Source: Paraphysomonas bandaiensis (Eukaryota; Protista; Chrysophyceae). From it: a DNA stretch of 22,058 nt. The DNA is taken from positions 1-22,058 of the forward strand of contig CBFFRP010000529.1 of NCBI GenBank assembly GCA_965644295.1, in the 5' to 3' direction. The first letter of the stretch is position 1. Each line of letters begins with the position of its first letter. Below are positions 1 through 12,417 of this stretch, piece by piece. A program made the translations under genes and the position numbers. Under the pieces are notes generated by a model, which saw only the letters and a program-made list of their open reading frames with translations, did not search any database and was not told where the DNA came from.

Positions 1-439
1 AGGGATTGGAAATCCGTGAGCAGGGGGCTAGTGCGATACGGCCGTCGTTCCCCAGTTAGGCGCCAGTGCCATAAACCCTCGGTGAGTATTCTCTCAATGG
101 CTTGGTCTACTTCTATGTTACAGACAGTGTAGTTTTGTCGTCCGAGTAGTCGATCTACCTCAAGCCAGTCCTCTCCTGCTACTGCGTCGGCAATGTAAAT
201 TCCTTTGTCTTCATATGTCCATTCAGATTCATCAGAGGTACGTCGTTCGGGGTGTGATCGGACCCATGCTACTGTCCTTGTACAATCGTTGTTTGCTGCA
301 ATGCTTTCAAGCAGTACACCTTTGGCACGATGTCCCAGTGCCCTGTCACGCAGTACTGGTTACTTACTGCGTTATTAGTAGACTGTATGATATGTTACTC
401 TTCTGTTGTACTCTCTAACACGTACAGAGTGTTTTAGTA

Positions 440-469
440 TTTTCAGTTTTCAGTTTTATTTTCAGTTTC
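440..469. repeat. Short (TTTTCAG)n simple repeat
   Basis: TTTTCAGTTTTCAGTTTTATTTTCAGTTTC. Confidence 0.6.
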
Positions 470-978
470 TACTCTCAGAGTGTTGAAGCTGTACATACAT
501 ACCGGATAAAATATTTTTAATCGGGTGTGTTGTGTGTTGAAGTGAAATGCTGAACATGATGTATGTGTATGTGTGTGTTACACTGTAGAGATGTATAGCT
601 GTGTTACTCATTCTTCTTCTATATAACGTTTTAATAACGATTCAATTAAGCTCATTCGCGGTTTGCGTTTGTGTGGTGGAGTTCTACCCGCTGGTAGGCT
701 TAACAGTGTAGCAGCCCGCTGGCGTACACTCTAAATCTGTTAAAACGTTTTTAGTAAGAGCTTTCTGTCATTCACGTGTTTCTAGTTCTCAGAAACGTCA
801 CATAGATGGTTCTCGTCCTGAAACTTCTGATGCCATTTCTACTGTTATTGCTGCCGTCGTGTGTCATCTGAAGTCATTACAGATATTGTCCCAGATGATA
901 CTGATGGTTCTCGTCGTCCTGAAACAACTGATGCCAATTATACTGTTATTACTGCCGTCGTATGTTGCCCGAATCCAT

Positions 979-1053
979 GACACACAAGAAAGCGAGAGGG
1001 GTTCAAGTCACTTAATCCGCTTCGTCAATTTTTCTCTCGTCTTCTTGTGTGTC
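979..1053 (+). ncRNA. Pre-miRNA-like hairpin, copy 1 of 14
   Basis: GACACACAAGAAAGCGAGAGGGG...TTTCTCTCGTCTTCTTGTGTGTC. Paired by hand: 12 Watson-Crick pairs, one A/C mismatch, one G-U, 6 Watson-Crick pairs, 3 G-U, then a weaker upper stem and loop. The inverted repeat is certain; RNA function is inferred. Confidence 0.55.
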
Positions 1054-2909
1054 CATCCTGAATTATATTGTCGCAAATGGTACTTGTGCCTCTCGTCCTG
1101 AACCATCAGATGCCATTTCTACTGTTGTAGCTCCCGTCGTGTGTCATCTGAAGTCATTACAGATATTGTTCCAGATGATACTGGTGCCTCTCGTCGTCCT
1201 GAACCATCTGATGCCATTTCTACTGTTATTGCTGCCATCGTGTGTTGTCTACAGCCATGACCGATGTTTTCCCAGATGATACTGATGGTTCTCGTCGTCC
1301 TGAAACAACTGATGCCATTTCTACTGTTATTGCTCCCGTCATGTGTCATCTGAAGTCATTACTGATATGGTCCCAGATGATACTGATGGTTCTCGTCCTG
1401 AACCATCTGATGTCAATTATACTGTTATCGCTGCCGTCGTGTGTCATCTGAAGTCATGACTGATAAGGTCCCCGGTGGTTCTCGTCGTCCTGAAACAACT
1501 GATACCATTTCTACTGTTATTGCTCCCGTCGTGTGTCATCTGAAGTCATTACTGATATGGTCCTAGATGGTTCTCTTCCTGAAACTTCTGATGCCATTTC
1601 TACTGTTGTTGCTCCCGTCGTGTGCCATCTGAAGTCATTACAGATATTGTTCCAGATGATACTGGTGCCTCTCGTCGTCCTGAAACATCTAATGCAAGTT
1701 CTACTGTTATTGCTGCCGTCGTGTGTCGTCTAAAGCCATGACCGATATTGTCCCACATGATACTAATGGTTCTCGTCCTGAAACATCTGATTCCATTTCT
1801 ACGGTAATTGCTGCCGTCGTGTGTCATCTGAAGTCATTACTGATATTGTCCCAGATGATACTGATGGTTCTCGTCGTCCGGAAGCAACTGATGCCAATTA
1901 TACTGTTATTACTGCCGTCGTGTGTCATCTGAAGTCATTACAGATATTGTCCTAGATGGTTCTCGTCCAGAAACATCTGATGCCAATTATACTGTAATCG
2001 CTGCCGTCGTGTGTCATCTTAAGCCATGACTGATATTGTCCCAGATGATACTGATGGTTCTCGTCCTGAACCATCTGATGCCATTTCTACTGTTATTGCT
2101 GCCATCGTGTGTTGTCTACAGCCATGACCGATGTTTTCCCAGATGATACTGATGGTTCTCGTCGTCCTGAAACAACTGATGCCATTTCTACTGTTATTGC
2201 TCCCGTCATGTGTCATATGAAGTCATTACTGATATGGTCCCAGATGATACTGATGGTTCTCGTCCTGAACCATCTGATGTCAATTATACTGTTATCGCTG
2301 CCGTCGTGTGTCATCTGAAGTCATGACTGATAAGGTCCCCGGTGGTTCTCGTCGTCCTGAAACAACTGATACCATTTCTACTGTTATTGCTCCCGTCGTG
2401 TGTCATCTGAAGTCATTACTGATATGGTCCTAGATGGTTCTCTTCCTGAAACTTCTGATGCCATTTCTACTGTTGTTGCTCCCGTCGTGTGCCATCTGAA
2501 GTCATTACAGATATTGTTCCAGATGATACTGGTGCCTCTCGTCGTCCTGAAACATCTAATGCAAGTTCTACTGTTATTGCTGCCGTCGTGTGTCATCTGA
2601 AGTCATTACAGATATTGTTCCAGATGATACTGGTGGTTCTCGTCGTCCGGAACCATCAGATGCCATTTATACTGTTATTGCTGCCGTCGTGTGTCGCCTA
2701 AAGCCATGACCGATATTGTCCCAGATGATACTGATGGTTCTCGTCGTCCTGAAACAACTGATGCCAATTATACTGTTATTGCTGCCGTCGTGTGTCGTCT
2801 AAAGCCATGACCGATATTGTCCCAAATGATACTGATGGTTCTCGTCGTCCTGAAACAACTGATGCCAATTATACTGTTATTGCTGCCGTCGTGTGTTGTC
2901 CGAATCCAT

Positions 2910-2984
2910 GACACACAAGAAAGCGAGAGGGGTTCAAGTCACTTAATCCGCTTCGTCAATTTTTCTCTCGTCTTCTTGTGTGTC
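2910..2984 (+). ncRNA. Pre-miRNA-like hairpin, copy 2
   Basis: Same sequence as 979-1053. Confidence 0.55.
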
Positions 2985-4059
2985 CATCCTGAATTATATT
3001 GTCGCAAATGGTACTTGTGCCTCTCGTCCTGAACCATCAGATGCCATTTCTACTGTTGTAGCTCCCGTCGTGTGTCATCTGAAGTCATTACAGATATTGT
3101 TCCAGATGATACTGGTGCCTCTCGTCGTCCTGAAACATCTAATGCAAGTTCTACTGTTATTGCTGCCGTCGTGTGTCGTCTAAAGCCATGACCGATATTG
3201 TCCCACATGATACTAATGGTACTCGTCCTGAAACATCTGATGCCATTTATACTGTTATTGCTGCCGTCGTGTGTCATCTGAAGTCATTACAGATATTGTC
3301 CCAGATGATACTGATGGTTCTCGTCGTCCGGAACCATCAGATGCAATTACTACTGTAATTGCTTCCGTCGCGTGTCGTCTAAAGCCATGACTGATATTGT
3401 CCCAGATGATACTGATGGTTCTCGTCGTCCTGAAACAACTGATGCCAATTATACTGTTATTGCTGCCGTCGTGTGTCATCTGAAGTCATTACTGATATTG
3501 TCCTAGATGGTTCTCGTCCAGAAACATCTGATGCCATTTTTACTGTTATTGCTGCCGTCGTGTGTCATCTTAAGCCATGACTGATATTGTCCCAGATGAT
3601 ACTGATGGTTCTCGTCGTCCTGAAACAACTGATGCCAATTATACTGTTATTACTGCCGTCGTGTGTCATCTGAAGTCATTACTGATATTGTCCTAGATGG
3701 TTCTCGTCCAGAAACATCTGATGCCATTTTTACTCTTATTGCTGCCGTCGTGTGTCATCTTAAGCCATGACTGATATTGTCCCAGATGATACTGATGGTT
3801 CTCGTCGTCCGGAAGCAACTGATGCCATTTATACTGTTATTACTGCCGTCGTGTGTCATCTGAAGTCATTACTGATATTGTCCTAGATGGTTCTCGTCCA
3901 GAAACATCTGATGCCATTTTTACTGTTATTGCTGCCGTCGTGTGTCGTCTAAAGCCATGACCGATATTGTCCCAAATGATACTGATGGTTCTCGTCGTCC
4001 TGAAACAACTGATGCCAATTATACTGTTATTGCTGCCGTCGTGTGTTGTCCGAATCCAT

Positions 4060-4134
4060 GACACACAAGAAAGCGAGAGGGGTTCAAGTCACTTAATCCG
4101 CTTCGTCAATTTTTCTCTCGTCTTCTTGTGTGTC
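4060..4134 (+). ncRNA. Pre-miRNA-like hairpin, copy 3
   Basis: Same sequence as 979-1053. Confidence 0.55.
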
Positions 4135-4823
4135 CATCCTGAATTATATTGTCGCAAATGGTACTTGTGCCTCTCGTCCTGAACCATCAGATGCCATTTC
4201 TACTGTTGTAGCTGCCGTCGTGTGTCATCTGAAGTCATTACAGATATTGTTCCAGATGATACTGGTGCCTCTCGTCGTCCTGAAACATCTAATGCAAGTT
4301 CTACTGTTATTGCTGCCGTCGTGTGTCAACTGAAGTCATTACAGATATTGTTCCAGATGATACTGGTGGTTCTCGTCGTCCGGAAGCAACTGATGCCATT
4401 TATACTGTTATTGCTGCCGTCGTGTGTCATCTGAAGTCATTACTGATATTGTCCTAGATGGTTCTCGTCGTCCGGAACCATCAGATGCAATTACTACTGT
4501 AATTGCTTCCGTCGCGTGTCATCTTAAGCCATGACTGATATTGTCCCAGATGATACTGATGGTTCTCGTCGTCCGGAAGCAACTGATGCCATTTATACTG
4601 TTATTACTGCCGTCGTGTGTCATCTGAAGTCATTACTGATATTGTCCTAGATGGTTCTCGTCCAGAAACATCTGATGCCATTTTTACTGTTATTGCTGCC
4701 GTCGTGTGTCGTCTAAAGCCATGACCGATATTGTCCCAAATGATACTGATGGTTCTCGTCGTCCTGAAACAACTGATGCCAATTATACTGTTATTGCTGC
4801 CGTCGTGTGTTGTCCGAATCCAT

Positions 4824-4898
4824 GACACACAAGAAAGCGAGAGGGGTTCAAGTCACTTAATCCGCTTCGTCAATTTTTCTCTCGTCTTCTTGTGTGTC
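4824..4898 (+). ncRNA. Pre-miRNA-like hairpin, copy 4
   Basis: Same sequence as 979-1053. Confidence 0.55.
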
Positions 4899-6556
4899 CA
4901 TCCTGAATTATATTGTCGCAAATGGTACTTGTGCCTCTCGTCCTGAACCATCAGATGCCATTTCTACTGTTGTAGCTCCCGTCGTGTGTCATCTGAAGTC
5001 ATTACAGATATTGTTCCAGATGATACTGGTGCCTCTCGTCGTCCTGAAACATCTAATGCAAGTTCTACTGTTATTGCTGCCGTCGTGTGTCGTCTAAAGC
5101 CATGACCGATATTGTCCCACATGATACTAATGGTTCTCGTCCTGAAACATCTGATTCCATTTCTACGGTAATTGCTGCCGTCGTGTGTCATCTGAAGTCA
5201 TTACAGATATTGTCCCAGATGATACTGATGGTTCTCGTCGTCCGGAACCATCAGATGCAATTACTACTGTAATTGCTTCCGTCGCGTGTCGTCTAAAGCC
5301 ATGACTGATATTGTCCCAGATGATACTGATGGTTCTCGTCGTCCTGAAACAACTGATGCCAATTATACTGTTATTGCTGCCGTCGTGTGTCATCTGAAGT
5401 CATTACTGATATTGTCCTAGATGGTTCTCGTCCAGAAACATCTGATGCCATTTTTACTGTTATTGCTGCCGTCGTGTCATCTTAAGCCATGACTGATATT
5501 GTCCCAGATGATACTGATGGTTCTCGTCGTCCGGAAGCAACTGATGCCATTTATACTGTTATTACTGCCGTCGTGTGTCATCTGAAGTCATTACTGATAT
5601 TGTCCTAGATGGTTCTCGTCCAGAAACATCTGATTCCATTTCTACGGTAATTGCTGCCGTCGTGTGTCATCTGAAGTCATTACAGATATTGTCCCAGATG
5701 ATACTGATGGTTCTCGTCGTCCGGAACCATCAGATGCAATTACTACTGTAATTGCTTCCGTCGCGTGTCGTCTAAAGCCATGACTGATATTGTCCCAGAT
5801 GATACTGATGGTTCTCGTCGTCCTGAAACAACTGATGCCAATTATACTGTTATTGCTGCCGTCGTGTGTCATCTGAAGTCATTACTGATATTGTCCTAGA
5901 TGGTTCTCGTCCTGAACCATCTGATGTCAATTATACTGTTATCGCTGCCGTCGTGTGTCATCTGAAGTCATGACTGATAAGGTCCCCGGTGGTTCTCGTC
6001 GTCCTGAAACAACTGATACCATTTCTACTGTTATTGCTGCCGTCGTGTGTCATCTGAAGTCATTACTGATATGGTCCTAGATGGTTCTCTTCCTGAAACT
6101 TCTGATGCCATTTCTACTGTTGTTGCTCCCGTCGTGTGCCATCTGAAGTCATTACAGATATTGTTCCAGATGATACTGGTGCCTCTCGTCGTCCTGAAAC
6201 ATCTAATGCAAGTTCTACTGTTATTGCTGCCGTCGTGTGTCATCTGAAGTCATTACAGATATTGTTCCAGATGATACTGGTGGTTCTCGTCGTCCGGAAC
6301 CATCAGATGCCATTTATACTGTTATTGCTGCCGTCGTGTGTCGCCTAAAGCCATGACCGATATTGTCCCAGATGATACTGATGGTTCTCGTCGTCCTGAA
6401 ACAACTGATGCCAATTATACTGTTATTGCTGCCGTCGTGTGTCGTCTAAAGCCATGACCGATATTGTCCCAAATGATACTGATGGTTCTCGTCGTCCTGA
6501 AACAACTGATGCCAATTATACTGTTATTGCTGCCGTCGTGTGTTGTCCGAATCCAT

Positions 6557-6631
6557 GACACACAAGAAAGCGAGAGGGGTTCAAGTCACTTAATCCGCTT
6601 CGTCAATTTTTCTCTCGTCTTCTTGTGTGTC
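6557..6631 (+). ncRNA. Pre-miRNA-like hairpin, copy 5
   Basis: Same sequence as 979-1053. Confidence 0.55.
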
Positions 6632-7317
6632 CATCCTGAATTATATTGTCGCAAATGGTACTTGTGCCTCTCGTCCTGAACCATCAGATGCCATTTCTAC
6701 TGTTGTAGCTCCCGTCGTGTGTCATCTGAAGTCATTACAGATATTGTTCCAGATGATACTGGTGCCTCTCGTCGTCCTGAAACATCTAATGCAAGTTCTA
6801 CTGTAATTGCTTCCGTCGCGTGTCGTCTAAAGCCATGACTGATATTGTCCCAGATGATACTGATGGTTCTCGTCGTCCTGAAACAACTGATGCCAATTAT
6901 ACTGTTATTGCTGCCGTCGTGTGTCATCTGAAGTCATTACTGATATTGTCCTAGATGGTTCTCGTCCAGAAACATCTGATGCCATTTTTACTCTTATTGC
7001 TGCCGTCGTGTGTCATCTTAAGCCATGACTGATATTGTCCCAGATGATACTGATGGTTCTCGTCGTCCGGAAGCAACTGATGCCATTTATACTGTTATTA
7101 CTGCCGTCGTGTGTCATCTGAAGTCATTACTGATATTGTCCTAGATGGTTCTCGTCCAGAAACATCTGATGCCATTTTTACTGTTATTGCTGCCGTCGTG
7201 TGTCGTCTAAAGCCATGACCGATATTGTCCCAAATGATACTGATGGTTCTCGTCGTCCTGAAACAACTGATGCCAATTATACTGTTATTGCTGCCGTCGT
7301 GTGTTGTCCGAATCCAT

Positions 7318-7392
7318 GACACACAAGAAAGCGAGAGGGGTTCAAGTCACTTAATCCGCTTCGTCAATTTTTCTCTCGTCTTCTTGTGTGTC
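7318..7392 (+). ncRNA. Pre-miRNA-like hairpin, copy 6
   Basis: Same sequence as 979-1053. Confidence 0.55.
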
Positions 7393-8078
7393 CATCCTGA
7401 ATTATATTGTCGCAAATGGTACTTGTGCCTCTCGTCCTGAACCATCAGATGTCATTTCTACTGTTGTAGCTCCCGTCGTGTGTCATCTGAAGTCATTACA
7501 GATATTGTTCCAGATGATACTGGTGCCTCTCGTCGTCCTGAAACATCTAATGCAAGTTCTACTGTTATTGCTGCCGTCGTGTGTCAACTGAAGTCATTAC
7601 AGATATTGTTCCAGATGATACTGATGGTTCTCGTCGTCCGGAAGCAACTGATGCCATTTATACTGTTATTGCTGCCGTCGTGTGTCATCTGAAGTCATTA
7701 CTGATATTGTCCTAGATGGTTCTCGTCCAGAAACATCTGATGCCATTTTTACTGTTATTGCTGCCGTCGTGTGTCATCTTAAGCCATGACTGATATTGTC
7801 CCAGATGATACTGATGGTTCTCGTCGTCCGGAAGCAACTGATGCCATTTATACTGTTATTACTGCCGTCGTGTGTCATCTGAAGTCATTACTGATATTGT
7901 CCTAGATGGTTCTCGTCCAGAAACATCTGATGCCATTTTTACTGTTATTGCTGCCGTCGTGTGTCGTCTAAAGCCATGACCGATATTGTCCCAAATGATA
8001 CTGATGGTTCTCGTCGTCCTGAAACAACTGATGCCAATTATACTGTTATTGCTGCCGTCGTGTGTTGTCCGAATCCAT

Positions 8079-8153
8079 GACACACAAGAAAGCGAGAGGG
8101 GTTCAAGTCACTTAATCCGCTTCGTCAATTTTTCTCTCGTCTTCTTGTGTGTC
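8079..8153 (+). ncRNA. Pre-miRNA-like hairpin, copy 7
   Basis: Same sequence as 979-1053. Confidence 0.55.
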
Positions 8154-8937
8154 CATCCTGAATTATATTGTCGCAAATGGTACTTGTGCCTCTCGTCCTG
8201 AACCATCAGATGCCATTTCTACTGTTGTAGCTCCCGTCGTGTGTCATCTGAAGTCATTACAGATATTGTTCCAGATGATACTGGTGCCTCTCGTCGTCCT
8301 GAAACATCTAATGCAAGTTCTACTGTTATTGCTGCCGTCGTGTGTCGTCTAAAGCCATGACCGATATTGTCCCACATGATACTAATGGTTCTCGTCCTGA
8401 AACATCTGATTCCATTTCTACGGTAATTGCTGCCGTCGTGTGTCATCTGAAGTCATTACAGATATTGTCCCAGATGATACTGATGGTTCTCGTCGTCCGG
8501 AACCATCAGATGCAATTACTACTGTAATTGCTTCCGTCGCGTGTCGTCTAAAGCCATGACTGATATTGTCCCAGATGATACTGATGGTTCTCGTCGTCCT
8601 GAAACAACTGATGCCAATTATACTGTTATTGCTGCCGTCGTGTGTCATCTGAAGTCATTACTGATATTGTCCTAGATGGTTCTCGTCCGGAAGCAACTGA
8701 TGCCATTTATACTGTTATTACTGCCGTCGTGTGTCATCTGAAGTCATTACTGATATTGTCCTAGATGGTTCTCGTCCAGAAACATCTGATGCCATTTTTA
8801 CTGTTATTGCTGCCGTCGTGTGTCGTCTAAAGCCATGACCGATATTGTCCCAAATGATACTGATGGTTCTCGTCGTCCTGAAACAACTGATGCCAATTAT
8901 ACTGTTATTGCTGCCGTCGTGTGTTGTCCGAATCCAT

Positions 8938-9012
8938 GACACACAAGAAAGCGAGAGGGGTTCAAGTCACTTAATCCGCTTCGTCAATTTTTCTCTCGTC
9001 TTCTTGTGTGTC
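8938..9012 (+). ncRNA. Pre-miRNA-like hairpin, copy 8
   Basis: Same sequence as 979-1053. Confidence 0.55.
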
Positions 9013-10200
9013 CATCCTGAATTATATTGTCGCAAATGGTACTTGTGCCTCTCGTCCTGAACCATCAGATGCCATTTCTACTGTTGTAGCTCCCGTCGTG
9101 TGTCATCTGAAGTCATTACAGATATTGTTCCAGATGATACTGGTGCCTCTCGTCGTCCTGAAACATCTAATGCAAGTTCTACTGTTATTGCTGCCGTCGT
9201 GTGTCGTCTAAAGCCATGACCGATATTGTCCCACATGATACTAATGGTTCTCGTCCTGAAACATCTGATTCCATTTCTACGGTAATTGCTGCCGTCGTGT
9301 GTCATCTGAAGTCATTACAGATATTGTCCCAGATGATACTGATGGTTTTCGTCGTCCGGAACCATCAGATGCAATTACTACTGTAATTGCTTCCGTCGCG
9401 TGTCGTCTAAAGCCATGACTGATATTGTCCCAGATGATACTGATGGTTCTCGTCGTCCTGAAACAACTGATGCCAATTATACTGTTATTGCTGCCGTCGT
9501 GTGTCATCTGAAGTCATTACTGATATTGTCCTAGATGGTTCTCGTCCAGAAACATCTGATGCCATTTTTACTGTTATTGCTGCCGTCGTGTGTCATCTTA
9601 AGCCATGACTGATATTGTCCCAGATGATACTGATGGTTCTCGTCGTCCGGAAGCAACTGATGCCATTTTTACTGTTATTACTGCCGTCGTGTGTCATCTG
9701 AAGTCATTACTGATATTGTCCTAGATGGTTCTCGTCCAGAAACATCTGATTCCATTTCTACGGTAATTGCTGCCGTCGTGTGTCATCTGAAGTCATTACA
9801 GATATTGTCCCAGATGATACTGATGGTTCTCGTCGTCCTGAAACATCTAATGCAAGTTCTACTGTTGTAGCTCCCGTCGTGTGTCATCTGAAGTCATTAC
9901 AGATATTGTTCCAGATGATACTGGTGCCTCTCGTCGTCCTGAAACATCTAATGCAAGTTCTACTGTTATTGCTGCCGTCGTGTGTCGTCTAAAGCCATGA
10001 CCGATATTGTCCCACATGATACTGATGGTTCTCGTCGTCCTGAAACATCTGATTCCATTTCTACGGTAATTGCTGCCGTCGTGTGTCATCTGAAGTCATT
10101 ACAGATATTGTCCCAGATGATACTGATGGTTCTCGTCGTCCTGAAACAACTGATGCCATTTCTACTGTTATTGCTGCCGTCGTGTGTTGTCCGAATCCAT

Positions 10201-10275
10201 GACACACAAGAAAGCGAGAGGGGTTCAAGTCACTTAATCCGCTTCGTCAATTTTTCTCTCGTCTTCTTGTGTGTC
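10201..10275 (+). ncRNA. Pre-miRNA-like hairpin, copy 9
   Basis: Same sequence as 979-1053. Confidence 0.55.
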
Positions 10276-12342
10276 CATCCTGAATTATATTGTCGCAAAT
10301 GGTACTTGTGCCTCTCGTCCTGAACCATCAGATGCCATTTCTACTGTTGTAGCTCCCGTCGTGTGTCATCTGAAGTCATTACAGATATTGTTCCAGATGA
10401 TACTGGTGCCTCTCGTCGTCCTGAAACATCTAATGCAAGTTCTACTGTTATTGCTGCCGTCGTGTGTCGTCTAAAGCCATGACCGATATTGTCCCACATG
10501 ATACTAATGGTTCTCGTCCTGAAACATCTGATTCCATTTCTACGGTAATTGCTGCCGTCGTGTGTCATCTGAAGTCATTACAGATATTGTCCCAGATGAT
10601 ACTGATGGTTTTCGTCGTCCGGAACCATCAGATGCAATTACTACTGTAATTGCTTCCGTCGCGTGTCGTCTAAAGCCATGACTGATATTGTCCCAGATGA
10701 TACTGATGGTTCTCGTCGTCCTGAAACAACTGATGCCAATTATACTGTTATTGCTGCCGTCGTGTGTCATCTGAAGTCATTACTGATATTGTCCTAGATG
10801 GTTCTCGTCCAGAAACATCTGATGCCATTTTTACTGTTATTGCTGCCGTCGTGTGTCATCTTAAGCCATGACTGATATTGTCCCAGATGATACTGATGGT
10901 TCTCGTCGTCCGGAAGCAACTGATGCCATTTTTACTGTTATTACTGCCGTTGTGTGTCATCTGAAGTCATTACTGATATTGTCCTAGATGGTTCTCGTCC
11001 AGAAACATCTGATTCCATTTCTACGGTAATTGCTGCCGTCGTGTGTCATCTGAAGTCATTACAGATATTGTCCCAGATGATACTGATGGTTCTCGTCGTC
11101 CTGAAACATCTAATGCAAGTTCTACTGTTGTAGCTCCCGTCGTGTGTCATCTGAAGTCATTACAGATATTGTTCCAGATGATACTGGTGCCTCTCGTCGT
11201 CCTGAAACATCTAATGCAAGTTCTACTGTTATTGCTGCCGTCGTGTGTCGTCTAAAGCCATGACCGATATTGTCCCACATGATACTAATGGTTCTCGTCC
11301 TGAAACATCTGATTCCATTTCTACGGTAATTGCTGCCGTCGTGTGTCATCTGAAGTCATTACAGATATTGTCCCAGATGATACTGATGGTTCTCGTCGTC
11401 CGGAACCATCAGATGCAATTACTACTGTAATTGCTTCCGTCGCGTGTCGTCTAAAGCCATGACTGATATTGTCCCAGATGATACTGATGGTTCTCGTCGT
11501 CCTGAAACAACTGATGCCAATTATACTGTTATTGCTGCCGTCGTGTGTCATCTGAAGTCATTACTGATATTGTCCTAGATGGTTCTCGTCCAGAAACATC
11601 TGATGCCATTTTTACTGTTATTGCTGCCGTCGTGTGTCATCTGAAGTCATTACTGATATTGTCCCAGATGATACTGATGGTTCTCGTCGTCCGGAAGCAA
11701 CTGATGCCATTTTTACTGTTATTACTGCCGTCGTGTGTCATCTGAAGTCATTACTGATATTGTCCTAGATGGTTCTCGTCCAGAAACATCTGATTCCATT
11801 TCTACGGTAATTGCTGCCGTCGTGTGTCATCTGAAGTCATTACAGATATTGTCCCAGATGATACTGATGGTTCTCGTCGTCCGGAACCATCAGATGCAAT
11901 TACTACTGTAATTGCTTCCGTCGCGTGTCGTCTAAAGCCATGACTGATATTGTCCCAGATGATACTGATGGTTCTCGTCGTCCTGAAACATCTAATGCAA
12001 GTTCTACTGTTGTAGCTCCCGTCGTGTGTCATCTGAAGTCATTACAGATATTGTTCCAGATGATACTGGTGCCTCTCGTCGTCCTGAAACATCTAATGCA
12101 AGTTCTACTGTTATTGCTGCCGTTGTGTGTCGTCTAAAGCCATGACCGATATTGTCCCACATGATACTAATGGTTCTCGTCCTGAAACATCTGATTCCAT
12201 TTCTACGGTAATTGCTGCCGTCGTGTGTCATCTGAAGTCATTACAGATATTGTCCCAGATGATACTGATGGTTCTCGTCGTCCTGAAACAACTGATGCCA
12301 TTTCTACTGTTATTGCTGCCGTCGTGTGTTGTCCGAATCCAT

Positions 12343-12417
12343 GACACACAAGAAAGCGAGAGGGGTTCAAGTCACTTAATCCGCTTCGTCAATTTTTCTC
12401 TCGTCTTCTTGTGTGTC
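12343..12417 (+). ncRNA. Pre-miRNA-like hairpin, copy 10
   Basis: Same sequence as 979-1053. Confidence 0.55.

Noticed and set aside
1-240. RNase P/MRP or H/ACA snoRNA in the leader
   Set aside because: Only a vague resemblance (GGAAATCCG); the conserved regions and boxes could not be placed convincingly.
215-418. 67-aa ORF
   Set aside because: No homology cues, and it overlaps intron-like, low-complexity sequence.
855-895. A tiny GT-AG intron in each monomer restoring one long ORF
   Set aside because: Candidate acceptors (ACAG, CCAG) are not conserved among units, and the frame-restoring option at the conserved AAG would be only 11 nt.
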